Made by a program: the position numbers and the translations under genes. From the NCBI GenBank assembly GCA_038534095.1, contig JBCAXK010000043.1, forward strand, positions 1 to 12,749: a DNA stretch of 12,749 nucleotides. The letters are read 5' to 3'. Origin of the DNA: Chlamydiota bacterium (GTDB taxonomy: Bacteria; Chlamydiota; Chlamydiia; Chlamydiales; SM23-39). The notes below the pieces were generated by a model that was given only the letters and a program-made list of their open reading frames with translations, did not search any database and had not been told where the DNA came from. Below are positions 1-7,648 of this stretch, piece by piece; position 1 is the stretch's first letter, and each line of letters starts with the position of its first letter.

Positions 1-11
1 TTGCGTCGCAT
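1..11 (-). CDS. Probable 5' end of a gene running off the left edge (M-R-R...), product unknown
   Basis: The minus strand reads GAGGTAGTT-ATG-CGA-CGC: a GAGG Shine-Dalgarno at 20-17 and an ATG at 11-9, in the same orientation as rseP. Only three codons are visible. Confidence 0.4.
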
Positions 12-233
12 AACTACCTCTAAAAAAATTACAAAGGTAGCGTTTATACAACATTAAAGGGATTTTAAACAGGTTCTAAGGAAAAAGCAGCAAGTAGGTT
101 CCTACAAGAGCATCTTTTACAACACGCCACTTGGCGCTGCTAAAAGAAGGCATCTCCTAATTGAAAATTCTCTAAAGAAAGAGAAGAGAGATGCTTTTGA
201 ACATAGGTTTCCTGCAAGAAGACTTTGCGCTCC

Positions 234-2168
234 TTAAAAAAATCGGGAGAAGATGCGCGCAAGATCGTGGTAGGTCACAAAAAAGAAAAAGCCTATGAAT
301 AAAACGACAAAAGGAACGACAAGCCATTCCATGGTTTTGGCCTTTAGAGGCTTTTTCGTCACCATTTCTACAAGCGATAAGAGAATATGTCCCCCATCTA
401 ATACAGGGATAGGGAGCAGGTTCAAAATTGCTAAATTCAAACTAATGAGTCCCATCCAAAACAGGGCTTCTTTCGCGCCTAAACCCCAACTTGTTTGGAC
501 AACATGAATGATGCCCACTGGACCAGAAAGCCACTTAGGACTTAAGGAGCCAGAAAATAAAGAGCCAAGGGTTTCTCCTGTTTCCACAAAAACATCTTGA
601 AAAAGAGCGCTAGGTGAAGGGTTGTAACGGACAAAGCGATCGCGCAGATACGCGCCTAAATAGGGCTGATTTTCTTCGACCTTCAGCATTTCTAAATAAC
701 GGCTCTGTTTTTCTGGAGACTCGATTTGTAAAATGTCTGCTTTTTTCTGTTCTAGCCTTTGTAAGAGGGCTTCTTTCTGGGGAGAATCGGGAAATCCTGC
801 AATTGTTCTAGGCACAATAGGATCTAATAGATGTAAATTGCCTGAAGAGGTCACGAGCTCTGGCGTGCCAATCGAAGCGGTGATGATTTGTAAGTCTTCA
901 GGGCGGAACGCCTGATCAAACGCTTCATCCGCCTTTTCCCAAGAGATTTCTTTAGACTGTGAAGCATCTCTTTGTACAATGACCAAGGAGCGTTTTTTTT
1001 GTATTTCTTGAAAAAGTTGTTCTAAATTCGCTACAGGAGCCCCGTCAATAGCAAGAATTCTATCGCCAGGCAAAAGAGGGGCAAAAAACGGACAACGAGT
1101 ACAATGAACAAACGCCCGTTTTTCCTCTTCTTGGTCGAGAAAATGGAGCTGTTTTTCGATGACATTTCCTTCCCGAATACGGTAGGGAAGGTAGGAGAGA
1201 TGGTCTAATGCCTTTCCCCTTAACCCAGCGTTGTAACGAAGATCGGTTAGAGCATCGAGATCCATTTGATCGAGTTGCAATTCCGCAATGGGGACTCTCG
1301 GCATTTTTGCATGGAAAATGGCGCCCTGCCTTTCTACTGTAAGAAAGGTTGATTTCTCAGCAAGGATTGCTTTTAACTGTGGGAGAGAGAACACAAGCTC
1401 CCCGTCGATCCAAAAAAGGCGGTCTTTAGGTTGTATTCCACTCTTTTCTAAAGGAGCGCCAGGAATATTTATGCCTGTTTGTTCATAAATGAGGTAGCTT
1501 GCTGGAGAAAAAATGCCAAGCGTTTGTAAGTTTTGTTCTAGATGTCTTGGGTCTTGATACGGAGTTAGCGTATACTCAAAGTCTGACTTTTCCTGGTCAA
1601 GATAATCGATTTTCTGTCCGCGAATCTCTGTAGATGATTGATTCATCACCGAAGAAAGAAGGAGATCTTTTGCTCCGCGAAATGGGCGATGATTCAAGCA
1701 GAGAATTTCATCTCCTGGACGAATGCCTTTCGCGTAGAGAGGGGAATTTTGATCGACCCAACCAATCCGCTTGGTAAATTCGGTAAACGGTTTTTCTCTC
1801 CCTCCTAAAAACCAGAGAGTAGTAAAGGCAAGAAAGGCGAAGATAAAGTTGACAAAAGGTCCCATGAACGCAACTTTGATGCGGCTCCATGGAGAGCTCC
1901 CAAAAAAGCCTCCTTTGATCTCGTGGGGCTCTTTTTTCCCCTCTTTTTGCATCCCCGCAATTTTTACGTACCCGCCAAACGGAAGAATGCAAATGCGCCA
2001 CTCAACGCCATCTTTTCCGGTCCATTGAATAAGAGGTTTCCCAAAACCAATCGCAAACGCCTCTACGCGCATACCAACGCGCCTTGCAACGATGTAGTGC
2101 CCCAGCTCATGAATGAACACAAGAAACCCTAGACCAAGAATGGCAAGTAGTGCGTATAAGATGAACAT
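234..2168 (-). CDS. rseP: RseP/YaeL site-2 intramembrane zinc metalloprotease (M50), long chlamydial type with an extended PDZ region (CT072-like)
   Basis: HELGH zinc motif in the first TM segment; FAIGFG and LPFGGYVKI motifs; GPFVN; PDZ-like segments (GIRPGDEIL, GIQPKDRL, LLPGDRILAIDG); SGPVGI; C-terminal NLLPIPVLDGGH. It lies directly after dxr, with AGAGG upstream of the ATG. Confidence 0.96.
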   Translation of the reverse strand: MFILYALLAILGLGFLVFIHELGHYIVARRVGMRVEAFAIGFGKPLIQWTGKDGVEWRICILPFGGYVKIAGMQKEGKKEPHEIKGGFFGSSPWSRIKVAFMGPFVNFIFAFLAFTTLWFLGGREKPFTEFTKRIGWVDQNSPLYAKGIRPGDEILCLNHRPFRGAKDLLLSSVMNQSSTEIRGQKIDYLDQEKSDFEYTLTPYQDPRHLEQNLQTLGIFSPASYLIYEQTGINIPGAPLEKSGIQPKDRLFWIDGELVFSLPQLKAILAEKSTFLTVERQGAIFHAKMPRVPIAELQLDQMDLDALTDLRYNAGLRGKALDHLSYLPYRIREGNVIEKQLHFLDQEEEKRAFVHCTRCPFFAPLLPGDRILAIDGAPVANLEQLFQEIQKKRSLVIVQRDASQSKEISWEKADEAFDQAFRPEDLQIITASIGTPELVTSSGNLHLLDPIVPRTIAGFPDSPQKEALLQRLEQKKADILQIESPEKQSRYLEMLKVEENQPYLGAYLRDRFVRYNPSPSALFQDVFVETGETLGSLFSGSLSPKWLSGPVGIIHVVQTSWGLGAKEALFWMGLISLNLAILNLLPIPVLDGGHILLSLVEMVTKKPLKAKTMEWLVVPFVVLFIGFFFFVTYHDLARIFSRFF

Positions 2169-2169
2169 G

Positions 2170-3306
2170 CTACCTCTGATTTGCTAGGATCCTAGCTTCT
2201 TTATCTACAAAGTCCACGTGATCCAAGGATAGCATATTTTCTGGTCGATGCAAGGAAAGGATTTTTTCCAAACGGAGGGAAATTTCTCTCCAGGAAATTT
2301 CTTCTTGAAGAAATCTGCGGACCAGCTCTTCATTGGCAGCGTTTAATGTGCAAGCAAAGGAGCTTTTTTCTCCAAGAGCTCTCCAAGCAAATTCCAAGCA
2401 AGGAAATTTCTCCGTATCTGGAGGTAAAAATGTGAGCGACTGTTTTTGCAAAAAATCCCAGGTGGTTCTCTTTCGAGCAAGTCTCTTAGGATAAAAAAGC
2501 GCGTACTGCAAAGGCAGTTGCATATCAGGCTCTGATAGTTGCGCAATGATGTTCCCATCTTGGTATTCCACCATGCTATGAACAACACTTTCTGGATGGA
2601 CGACCACAGAGATTTGCTCTTTTTCAAGACCAAAAAGGTGATAGGCTTCAATCACCTCCAGCCCTTTATTCATGAGGGTAGAAGAGTCAACGCTGATTTT
2701 ATCGCCCATTTTCCAGTTCGGATGTTTTAGGGCGTCGCGCGCTTTGACGCGAGCAAGCTGCGCGTCTGTGTAGCGCAAAAAAGGCCCCCCTGAAGCGGTT
2801 AGAATCACGCGGAACACTTCGTTTGAAGAGCCCGAGTGGAGGCACTGATGAATCGCGCTATGCTCACTATCGACAGGTAATAGAAGAGCCTGCTTTTTTT
2901 TCACCGCTTTCATGATGATCGCCCCTGCCGACACCAAAATCTCTTTATTGGCTAACAAAATCGTTTTGCCCTCCAAAATAGCTGCTAGGCAGGGGGCGAT
3001 CGCCTTCGAGCCGCTCATCGCAAAAAGCACCTGATCGCAATCTTTGTGGGTCGCTGCTTCTAACAGCCCCTCTTTCCCAGAAACAACGGGACAAAAAGAG
3101 AGCCTTTTGCGCAAAAGCTCTGCCTCTTTTTCATCGTACAAAGCCACGAATTTGGGACGAAACTTTTGGGCTTGCTCGAAAAGCCGTTTCCCATTTTTCC
3201 GCGCAGCTAGAGCGATAACTGCTACTTGATCAGGGAAGTTTTCAACCACTTCCAAGGCGTTAGCGCCCACCGATCCGGTCGATCCTAAAATCGATAACTT
3301 TTTCAT
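2170..3306 (-). CDS. dxr: 1-deoxy-D-xylulose 5-phosphate reductoisomerase (MEP pathway), 378 aa; the start is 3306, not 3489
   Basis: Motifs MKKLSILGSTGSVG (NADPH binding), LANKE, LLPVDSEHSAI, LTASGGPF, HPNWKMGDKISVDS, MNKGLEVIEA, HPESVVHSMV and LNAANE. The ATG at 3306 has AAGGAGG (3320-3314) 7 nt upstream and overlaps the ytgD stop (ATGA). Confidence 0.97.
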   Translation of the reverse strand: MKKLSILGSTGSVGANALEVVENFPDQVAVIALAARKNGKRLFEQAQKFRPKFVALYDEKEAELLRKRLSFCPVVSGKEGLLEAATHKDCDQVLFAMSGSKAIAPCLAAILEGKTILLANKEILVSAGAIIMKAVKKKQALLLPVDSEHSAIHQCLHSGSSNEVFRVILTASGGPFLRYTDAQLARVKARDALKHPNWKMGDKISVDSSTLMNKGLEVIEAYHLFGLEKEQISVVVHPESVVHSMVEYQDGNIIAQLSEPDMQLPLQYALFYPKRLARKRTTWDFLQKQSLTFLPPDTEKFPCLEFAWRALGEKSSFACTLNAANEELVRRFLQEEISWREISLRLEKILSLHRPENMLSLDHVDFVDKEARILANQR

Positions 3307-4265
3307 GAAGCAGCCTCCTTGGGCTTGTTCTTTTCCGATTGCAACAGCAAGACCAAACCATACTGAAAAAATAGGGTCAAAACGACAATTGCCCCTGTGG
3401 AGAGCGTAAGAGAGTAGACGGACAAGAGGTGCCTGGATAAAGCCGTTCCGACTAACGACGCGCTGGCCCCAAAACAGGGAGCCATCCACAAAATGGCTCT
3501 AAGCTGCTTTACGCAAGCAAAGGCCGTTAAATAGGGAACCGTTAAAAAGGCGAGGACCAGCACAATCCCGACCGAGCGGAAAGCGCCAATGATCGTAGCC
3601 GCTGTTAAAAAACAGAGAAGCCACCTGCAAAGAAACAGAGAAGCCCTCAAACTTTTGGCTAAAATTGGATCAAAACTTGTGATTTGCAATGTAGGATAAA
3701 AGAGGGTGATCAAGCCTACGTTGAGAAAGGCGAGCAAGCCTAGTGCTCGCACATCAAAAAGGGTCACCCCATCGATATTTCCCTGAATCATCTCCATGCC
3801 AAGATGCACATTTTTCGTGTATAGAGAAACAAAAATCACCCCTAAAGCAAAGAGCATGTTAAAAGCAAGCGCAATGCTCACATCTTTTTGCAGACGTAAA
3901 AACCGAGAAAAAAAATCTTCTACTAGAAGGGTTAACACCGAAGCGATGATCGCGGAAAAAAATAGCAGCGCCATACTTTGATGAAGAAACGCACCTCTCC
4001 ACCCAAAATACTGGAGAACAACAAAAACGGTGACAACTCCTAAAAGCGCTGTATGAGACAGCGCTGTTGCGACCATCAGCGAGCGGCGAAGGAGAAGAAA
4101 CGACCCCAGAAGAGAACAAGAGATACTTAAAAGAACGAGGCAAACAATTTGCCGCTCATCGATCGCAAGCTCCTTGAGAGCAATGCCGCCCATGAGCCAC
4201 TCATAGAGCCTGTAGAAAAAGAGCCTTAAAAAGGATAGCCCGTGAACACCTGTATACAAATTCAT
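3303..4265 (-). CDS. ytgD: Fe/Mn/Zn ABC transporter permease YtgD (TroD family)
   Basis: Multi-TM protein with ABC-3 permease motifs ALSHTALLG, FALGVI, GNI, SFDP and FRSVGIVLVLAFL. It has the chlamydial-type N-terminal extension and is fourth in the ytg operon, with an ATGA overlap with ytgC. Confidence 0.92.
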   Translation of the reverse strand: MNLYTGVHGLSFLRLFFYRLYEWLMGGIALKELAIDERQIVCLVLLSISCSLLGSFLLLRRSLMVATALSHTALLGVVTVFVVLQYFGWRGAFLHQSMALLFFSAIIASVLTLLVEDFFSRFLRLQKDVSIALAFNMLFALGVIFVSLYTKNVHLGMEMIQGNIDGVTLFDVRALGLLAFLNVGLITLFYPTLQITSFDPILAKSLRASLFLCRWLLCFLTAATIIGAFRSVGIVLVLAFLTVPYLTAFACVKQLRAILWMAPCFGASASLVGTALSRHLLSVYSLTLSTGAIVVLTLFFQYGLVLLLQSEKNKPKEAAS

Positions 4266-5545
4266 GAAAACCTCTTAGGAATGGGCTGATCATGCGGATC
4301 AAACTCGGGTTTTTGGAGTAAGTGATCCAACCGTTTTTCAAGATCAGGAGTGATGACATGCTCCATTTCCTCAGCAATGGGGTGCACATTTTTGGCAGAA
4401 ACGTCCATATGCTTTGTTAAATACACCTCCCATAAACGGTGAAATCGGACAATCCGAAGCGCCCGTTTTTTCCCCTCCTCGGTGAGATGAAGATCTCTCC
4501 CCTTTCCTTGTACAAGCCCCTCCCGTTTCATATGCCTTTGAAAAAAAAAGAAGGAAAGTCTATGCAAGCGAAGGATGCTTTGCATCTCGGCAAGGCTCCT
4601 TTCTTTGCTACAAAGAGCCTTAAGACAATTTTCCTGGGCAGCGCGGAATCGGAATTGAAAAATCCGGATGCTTTTTGCCAGAAGTCCCTTCTGAGGAGCA
4701 AATAAATAAGAAAGGACCACAAGCAGCCCTGCAATTAACACAATCATGGGGCCGGGGGGAAGGAACATTTTCCCATTTTCTCTGCCAAGCACGCACATGA
4801 TCGAAAGGTAGTTCCCAAGAAACCCCGAAAAAAGTCCAAAAAGGCCAGACAGAACAAAGAGGCTGGCTAGGGAGGAAGCCACCATCCGCGCCGCAGCAAC
4901 AGGAGCAATGAGCATCGCCGAAACGAGGAGCACTCCACACGAGCGGATGCCGATGATGATGGCAGCAATCAAGAAAATCCCGGAGAAAATATCGACAAAA
5001 CGATCCTTAGAACAAGAGATTTTGATATACTGAGGATCAAAAAGTTGCCACTGGATCTTTCTATAGAACAGGTAGCAAAAACAGATCGTACCAAAACAGA
5101 GGATGGCATACACAATCACATGCTCATCGAGCAACGTTGCCACTTCCCCAAAAAAGCATTTTTGCATTTCTAAAAAGATGCGCGCATCTTTATTTTGCAG
5201 ATAACTTGTTAGCAATAAACCACAGGCAAAAAACCCGCTCATGAGCGTAGACATCGCAGCGTCTTGCGACAACTTTTGCTTTTCTAAGACTTGCAAAAGC
5301 CAAAGAGCTAAAGCGCAAGAGACAAACGCGCCTAAAGGGAACCGAAACCAAAGAGGGGTATTTGAAAAGGTCGCAAGAACTCCCCCAAGCGCCAGACCTG
5401 GATAGGTTGCGTGAGAAAGCAATTCACTCAGAAGAGCTCTTTTTTGTAAGAAAATAAATACTCCCATGATCCCAGCGCAAAAGCAGATCAAACAAGATCC
5501 TAAAAAAGAGGCGCGGTACAAAGGGTCAAACAGAAGGAAGCTCAC
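4262..5545 (-). CDS. ytgC: YtgCR: metal ABC permease fused to a C-terminal DtxR/MntR-like metal-dependent repressor domain (YtgR, about residues 303-427)
   Basis: N-terminal ABC-3 permease motifs LLSHATYPG, FFG, LFDP, GVLLVSAMLIAPVAAAR and PPGPMIV. The C-terminus has DtxR-family signatures LTEEG, RFHRLWEVYL, AEEMEH and DPHDQPIP. The GTG start overlaps the ytgB stop (GTGA). Confidence 0.94.
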   Translation of the reverse strand: MSFLLFDPLYRASFLGSCLICFCAGIMGVFIFLQKRALLSELLSHATYPGLALGGVLATFSNTPLWFRFPLGAFVSCALALWLLQVLEKQKLSQDAAMSTLMSGFFACGLLLTSYLQNKDARIFLEMQKCFFGEVATLLDEHVIVYAILCFGTICFCYLFYRKIQWQLFDPQYIKISCSKDRFVDIFSGIFLIAAIIIGIRSCGVLLVSAMLIAPVAAARMVASSLASLFVLSGLFGLFSGFLGNYLSIMCVLGRENGKMFLPPGPMIVLIAGLLVVLSYLFAPQKGLLAKSIRIFQFRFRAAQENCLKALCSKERSLAEMQSILRLHRLSFFFFQRHMKREGLVQGKGRDLHLTEEGKKRALRIVRFHRLWEVYLTKHMDVSAKNVHPIAEEMEHVITPDLEKRLDHLLQKPEFDPHDQPIPKRFS

Positions 5546-6309
5546 AAACGGGCCCCCTCATAATTTTTTTGACAAAGCGCCGTCGCTTCCTCAAAAAGAA
5601 AGGGGTTTTTTTTGTACAACCTTTTGAGATTTTCCTCTGTAAACACCTCCTCATACGGCCCAAATCCAACAAGTGAGGTGTTGAGAAGTAGTAAACTTTG
5701 AAAGTACCGTTTTACGGTATGCAAGTCGTGGTGGACAACAAAAATGGTTTTGCCTTGTCCAGCAAGATCTTGCAAAATGGACATAATGGTCGTTTCTGTT
5801 TCAGCATCTACCCCCTGAAAAGGCTCGTCTAAAAAGTAGAGATCGGCCTCTTGCACAAGGGCTCTTGCAAGAAATACCCTTTTTTGTTGTCCTCCAGAAA
5901 GCTCTCCAATCTGCCGATCTTTATAGGCAATCATCCCCACTTGCTCGAGCGATTCTTCCGCAGATAGGAGGTCGGCTTTGCGAGCCCGTTTCCAAAAGCC
6001 CATCTTATGGTACCTGCCCATGAGTACTACATCGGCAACCGTGATGGGAAAATTCTCATCGATCGATTCTTTCTGTGGAATGTAAGCGATCTTTTCTGAA
6101 ACCTCTTCGATTGGCTTCCCCCAGAAAAGCACTTGACCATCTGTGGGAGAAAGAAGCCCCATCACCGCCTTGATGAACGAACTTTTCCCCGCCCCATTAG
6201 GACCAATGATCCCGATGAGCTGCCCTGCAGGGGTCGCAAACGACACGTTCCAAAGGCAGAGGGTCTTTTCGTAGTGGACAGTGAGTCTTTCACAAAAAAA
6301 CGGATTCAT
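5542..6309 (-). CDS. ytgB: Metal ABC transporter ATP-binding protein YtgB (TroB/MntB family)
   Basis: Walker A GPNGAGKS, Q-loop YIPQ, signature LSGGQ, Walker B YFLDEP and H-loop VHHD. ATGA overlap with ytgA. Confidence 0.96.
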   Translation of the reverse strand: MNPFFCERLTVHYEKTLCLWNVSFATPAGQLIGIIGPNGAGKSSFIKAVMGLLSPTDGQVLFWGKPIEEVSEKIAYIPQKESIDENFPITVADVVLMGRYHKMGFWKRARKADLLSAEESLEQVGMIAYKDRQIGELSGGQQKRVFLARALVQEADLYFLDEPFQGVDAETETTIMSILQDLAGQGKTIFVVHHDLHTVKRYFQSLLLLNTSLVGFGPYEEVFTEENLKRLYKKNPFLFEEATALCQKNYEGARL

Positions 6310-7277
6310 TGCAAATGATTCCTCAGCGTATTGGCGTTATGTTCCATCATCTCTTCATAATGATAAGGGCCCATGGCATCTCCATAAAGAACCTCTTTAG
6401 CAATTTTGATCTTTAGCCCTTTTTCCCTTCCGCACTGCACAATTTTTTTTAAGGCATCTTGCGCCACATTGGACTCAGGGAAGAGGGTAGATGCTCCCCT
6501 TTTCTCGAGGTAGTCAACAATTTTTTCAATATCATGAAAATTGAGCTGCCCGTCAGGAGCTAAGCCTGCAGGTGCCTTGAAGCGTTCTCTCCACGAAGAA
6601 ACCCCCTCATCTGTTCCTTCAATCGACTGACAAAAGTACCTCCGTACAAAGTAGGAAAAGGCGTCATGACTTGTGATCACAAACCGTTTTTCTACCGGAA
6701 TGGAAGCAATCGTCTGAAAAATCGTTTGATCGAGCTTTGCTAAACGTTCCCGCAAGGCAGACCCGTTCTTATGAAAATAGTTCGCTTCTTCAGGACTTGC
6801 TGCGCTAAGGGCCGATTCAACGACAAAACTAGCCTCCATCCATAGAGAGACATCCATCCAAATGTGCGGATCGGGCAGCCCTTTTGTCCATAAAATTTTT
6901 TCTGGAACTAGCTCCCCTATTTGATCACCTACCCCAATCGCTTTTGCGCTTTCTTGGAGCAAGTGGACTAAAGACCCCGCATGCTCGAGTCCAAGCCCAT
7001 TATAGAAAATGAGATCGGCATGAGAAAACTTCTCTACATCACCTTTCACGAGCTGGTAATTATGAGGGTCTAGCTGGCCATGAATGAGGACGCTGCTTGT
7101 GACTTTTTCTTGTCCGATCCCAGCGACCAAATCCCCGATCATTCCTGTTGTAGAAAGTACTTGCAAAGTTTTTTGATCATGGGATTCTTTAGAGCTTGTC
7201 CTTTCCAAACGGCCTGGCGCAAAAGTAAGATAACAGAGCAACGCTGCAAAAAGGAAAAACAGAGACCACTTTTTCAT
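6306..7277 (-). CDS. ytgA: Metal-binding periplasmic protein YtgA (TroA/PsaA cluster A-I family)
   Basis: N-terminal MKK plus a hydrophobic signal/anchor. Four TroA-type ligand motifs are present: DPHNY, DPHIWMD, SHDAFSYF and YGDAMG, along with YNGLGLE. First gene of the operon. Confidence 0.94.
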   Translation of the reverse strand: MKKWSLFFLFAALLCYLTFAPGRLERTSSKESHDQKTLQVLSTTGMIGDLVAGIGQEKVTSSVLIHGQLDPHNYQLVKGDVEKFSHADLIFYNGLGLEHAGSLVHLLQESAKAIGVGDQIGELVPEKILWTKGLPDPHIWMDVSLWMEASFVVESALSAASPEEANYFHKNGSALRERLAKLDQTIFQTIASIPVEKRFVITSHDAFSYFVRRYFCQSIEGTDEGVSSWRERFKAPAGLAPDGQLNFHDIEKIVDYLEKRGASTLFPESNVAQDALKKIVQCGREKGLKIKIAKEVLYGDAMGPYHYEEMMEHNANTLRNHLQ

Positions 7278-7353
7278 AAAAATCTTCTAAAGAATGCTAT
7301 AAGAGAAAGTTCTCTATCCTAACAGCCTATTCTTTTAAATTCCAGAATCTGTA

Positions 7354-7382
7354 ATTAGATTTACCAATTTAACCTTTTGCAA
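7354..7382 (-). promoter_or_regulatory. Candidate sigma66 (sigma70-type) promoter for the ytg-dxr-rseP operon
   Basis: Minus strand TTGCAA (7382-7377), 17-nt spacer, TCTAAT (7359-7354), about 75 nt upstream of the ytgA ATG. Confidence 0.45.
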
Positions 7383-7455
7383 TCGACTAAAATTTTTTTA
7401 TTTTGATTTATTGAACGAAAACCCAAAAAAAATAAAAAAATAAAAAGACATTTTC

Positions 7456-7484
7456 TTGCGTAAAAGCGGGGCGTTTTCTATAAT
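7456..7484 (+). promoter_or_regulatory. Candidate sigma66 promoter for ddbA
   Basis: TTGCGT (7456-7461), 17-nt spacer, perfect TATAAT (7479-7484), preceded by A-tracts resembling an UP element. Confidence 0.65.
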
Positions 7485-7502
7485 CAACCAATATTGAGAT
7501 TG

Positions 7503-7540
7503 TTTTTCTGCTTTTTAACACACCTTGAAAAGTAGGAGAA
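7503..7540 (+). other. RNA stem-loop in the predicted ddbA 5' leader
   Basis: 7503-7518 pairs with 7525-7540 in 16 uninterrupted pairs, 4 of them G-U (valid only for the + strand transcript), around a CACACC loop. Confidence 0.55.
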
Positions 7541-7648
7541 ATAGAAAAAAAATAATTAATGCATTTTATTAACCACTTTGGATAATTAGAATTATTTTAT
7601 CGAAATAAATAGATGTAATCGCAAACGAAAATGTAAGGAAGGTTTTAC

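Noticed and set aside
3307..3489. 61-aa N-terminal extension of Dxr in the ORF track
   Set aside because: It overlaps ytgD in another frame. The Dxr family begins at MKKLSILGSTGS, where there is a perfect AAGGAGG and an ATGA coupling.
7233..7277. Lipoprotein lipobox in YtgA (AALLC)
   Set aside because: Leu at -1 does not fit the [LVI][ASTVI][GAS]C consensus, so lipidation is unsupported. An uncleaved anchor or signal peptide is equally likely.
295..7322. Short alternative-frame and antisense ORFs (60-106 aa) overlapping rseP, dxr and the ytg genes, and likewise those within ddbA, ntt1 and the orphans
   Set aside because: They lie almost entirely within well-supported genes and show no recognisable motifs. 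They are expected shadow ORFs.
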